This document shows positions 62,809 through 64,000 of a DNA stretch of 64,000 nucleotides, piece after piece. The stretch is from an uncultured Chloroflexia bacterium. GTDB lineage: Bacteria; Chloroflexota; Dehalococcoidia; DSTF01; JACRBR01. Numbering within the stretch: position 1 is the stretch's first letter; each line of letters starts with the position of its first letter. Below the pieces are notes generated by a model. It was given only the letters and a program-made list of their open reading frames with translations, searched no databases and was not told where the DNA came from. The translations under genes and the position numbers were made by a program. The DNA is taken from contig CAVTNG010000011.1 of the NCBI GenBank assembly GCA_963736015.1, forward strand, positions 68,442-132,441, given 5' to 3'.

Positions 62809-63496
62809 ATGATGCAACTTGTGATTGATGCGGCGGATGATGTGCCGGGGGTGGGGCTGGCGGTTGCCGGGGTGGTGGGGCTCTCGGCGACGTGGGAGAG
62901 CGAGCGGAATCACTCGGTGGAGTTGCTGCCGAATATCGAGCGGCTGCTAGGGGAGGCGGGGCGGACGAAGGAGCGACATCGAGGCGGTGTTCGTTGACGT
63001 GGGGCCGGGGGGTTATGCGGCGCTGCGGGTGGGGGTGAGCATCGCGAAGGGGATCGCGCACGGGCTGGGGGTGCCGATCGTGGGCATCGGGCGACTGGAG
63101 CTGGATGCGTACGGGGCGGCATCTGAGAGCGGGGCGCGGGGGAGGATCGTCGCCGTGCACCGGGCGGGACGTGGGGAGGTGGCGTGGGCGGCGTATGCGG
63201 GCGGCGTCGGTGCGGGGTGGCGGGAGGTGGAGGCGCCGCGCATCGAGAAGGCGGCGGCGATGCGGGAGCGGCTCGCGCGCGGGGACTGTGTTGCGGGCGA
63301 AGTTGACGATGAGCTGGCGGCCGCGGCGCAGGCTGTTGGGGCGACGGTGATCCGGAGCGAGCGGCATCGGGTGGTGGCGCTGGCGGCGCTGGGGGAGGTG
63401 CGGCTGCGGGCGGGGCGCATCGATGATGCGACGACGCTCGTGCCGCTGTACCTGCGGGCGCCGGCGATCGGGCCGCAGGGGGGTGGTGGGGGGTGA
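62809..63496 (+). CDS. tsaB: tRNA threonylcarbamoyladenosine biosynthesis protein TsaB; one frameshift near 62975
   Basis: ORF 62785-62997 (MQLVIDAA...NHSVELLP) plus ORF 62987-63496 (VGPGGYAALRVGVSIAKGIA). Confidence 0.75.
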
Positions 63497-63690
63497 GGTG
63501 TGGGCTGGGTGGGAGCGATGTTCGATGTTGGAGGGCATGTGCCGGCGCAGGGTGGCGCGGTGTGCGATGTGTGGGTGCGACCTATACTTGCGGTCGGTGC
63601 GCGCGTGGCGCGACGGGGCGCGCGCCTGTCCTCCGTGTGGTGGGCGATTAGTCGCGAGTCATCGCGATGTCGATCGGCGGAATCGCGCCG

Positions 63691-63710
63691 CACAGGCGGG
63701 GGCGCCTGTG
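63691..63710 (+). repeat. GC hairpin CACAGGCGggggCGCCTGTG, the same family as 23367-23387
   Basis: Read directly from the sequence. A partial copy is at about 63615-63632. Confidence 0.5.
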
Positions 63711-63775
63711 CCCATCTCTTCGTCCGACACTTTCGGACGAGTCGCGGCCAATGGCGTAGTTGAAGGAGCAACGGG

Positions 63776-64000
63776 TTGGAACGGACGCTGGTGTTGGTGA
63801 AGCCGGACGCGATGCAGCGCGGGCTGGCGGGGGAGGTGATCTCGCGCCTGGAGCGGCGGGGGCTGAAGATCGCGGCGATCTCGGCTGCTCAAGGTGAGCC
63901 CGAAGCTGGCGAAGCAGCACTACGCGGAGCACGTGGGGAAGCCGTTCTTCAACGGGCTGGTGGAGTACATCTCGGCGTCGCCGATCGTGGCGGCGGTGTT
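63776..64000 (+). CDS. ndk: Nucleoside diphosphate kinase, 5' part; runs off the window, with a frameshift near 63880
   Basis: GAAGGAG Shine-Dalgarno 7 nt before TTG 63776. Reads [31 protein letters not shown], then [32 protein letters not shown] in another frame. Confidence 0.8.
   Translation, partial: MERTLVLVKPDAMQRGLAGEVISRLERRGLKIAAISAAQGEPEAGEAALRGARGEAVLQRAGGVHLGVADRGGGV

Overview
High-GC bacterial chromosomal window. Hand counts give 45/60 G+C at 17401-17460, against 31/60 at 45301-45360. I support about 62 protein genes and see no rRNA, tRNA, CRISPR array or transposase. The lineage is probably an uncultured Chloroflexota-like organism; this is inferred from the repeat families and the archaeal-type genes and is not proven.

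Gene content in order:
- A Fur/Zur regulator with a ZnuABC-type metal importer (0.1-3.4 kb).
- A surface and secretion-flavoured region (4.4-16.7 kb): a RiPP-precursor-like peptide, a CAP/Ig protein, a Pro/Thr-repeat (PT-repeat) secreted protein, an archaeal-type ArlH/ArlI (FlaH/FlaI) ATPase pair, a SARP regulator joined to an alpha/beta-hydrolase, and a roughly 1090-aa CSLREA/beta-helix/TSP3/dockerin protein.
- Metabolic and stress genes, with two ABC exporter operons.
- mreB and murA.
- A cysteine desulfurase.
- A lower-GC McrBC restriction island fused to the 3' end of dnaA, with no dnaN in the window.
- Housekeeping genes: plsY, an S41 peptidase, lysA, tsaB and ndk.

Main observations:
1. 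About half of the genes, including dnaA, murA, mreB, plsY, tsaB and ndk, are split across reading frames. Uncorrected indel errors are the most likely cause, so frameshifted genes are reported as single reconstructed loci with approximate ends.
2. The ArlH/ArlI pair is orphaned, with no ArlJ, archaellin or prepilin peptidase in the window.
3. A promoter, a pseudoknotted roughly 190-nt leader RNA and a 47-codon ORF sit in an otherwise empty 0.9-kb convergent intergenic region.
4. A terminator/antiterminator leader precedes an ABC-2 exporter operon.
5. A composite G-rich intergenic element family abuts at least five genes and supplies their stop codons.
6. Two related elements of about 130 nt bracket the dnaA and mcrBC block.
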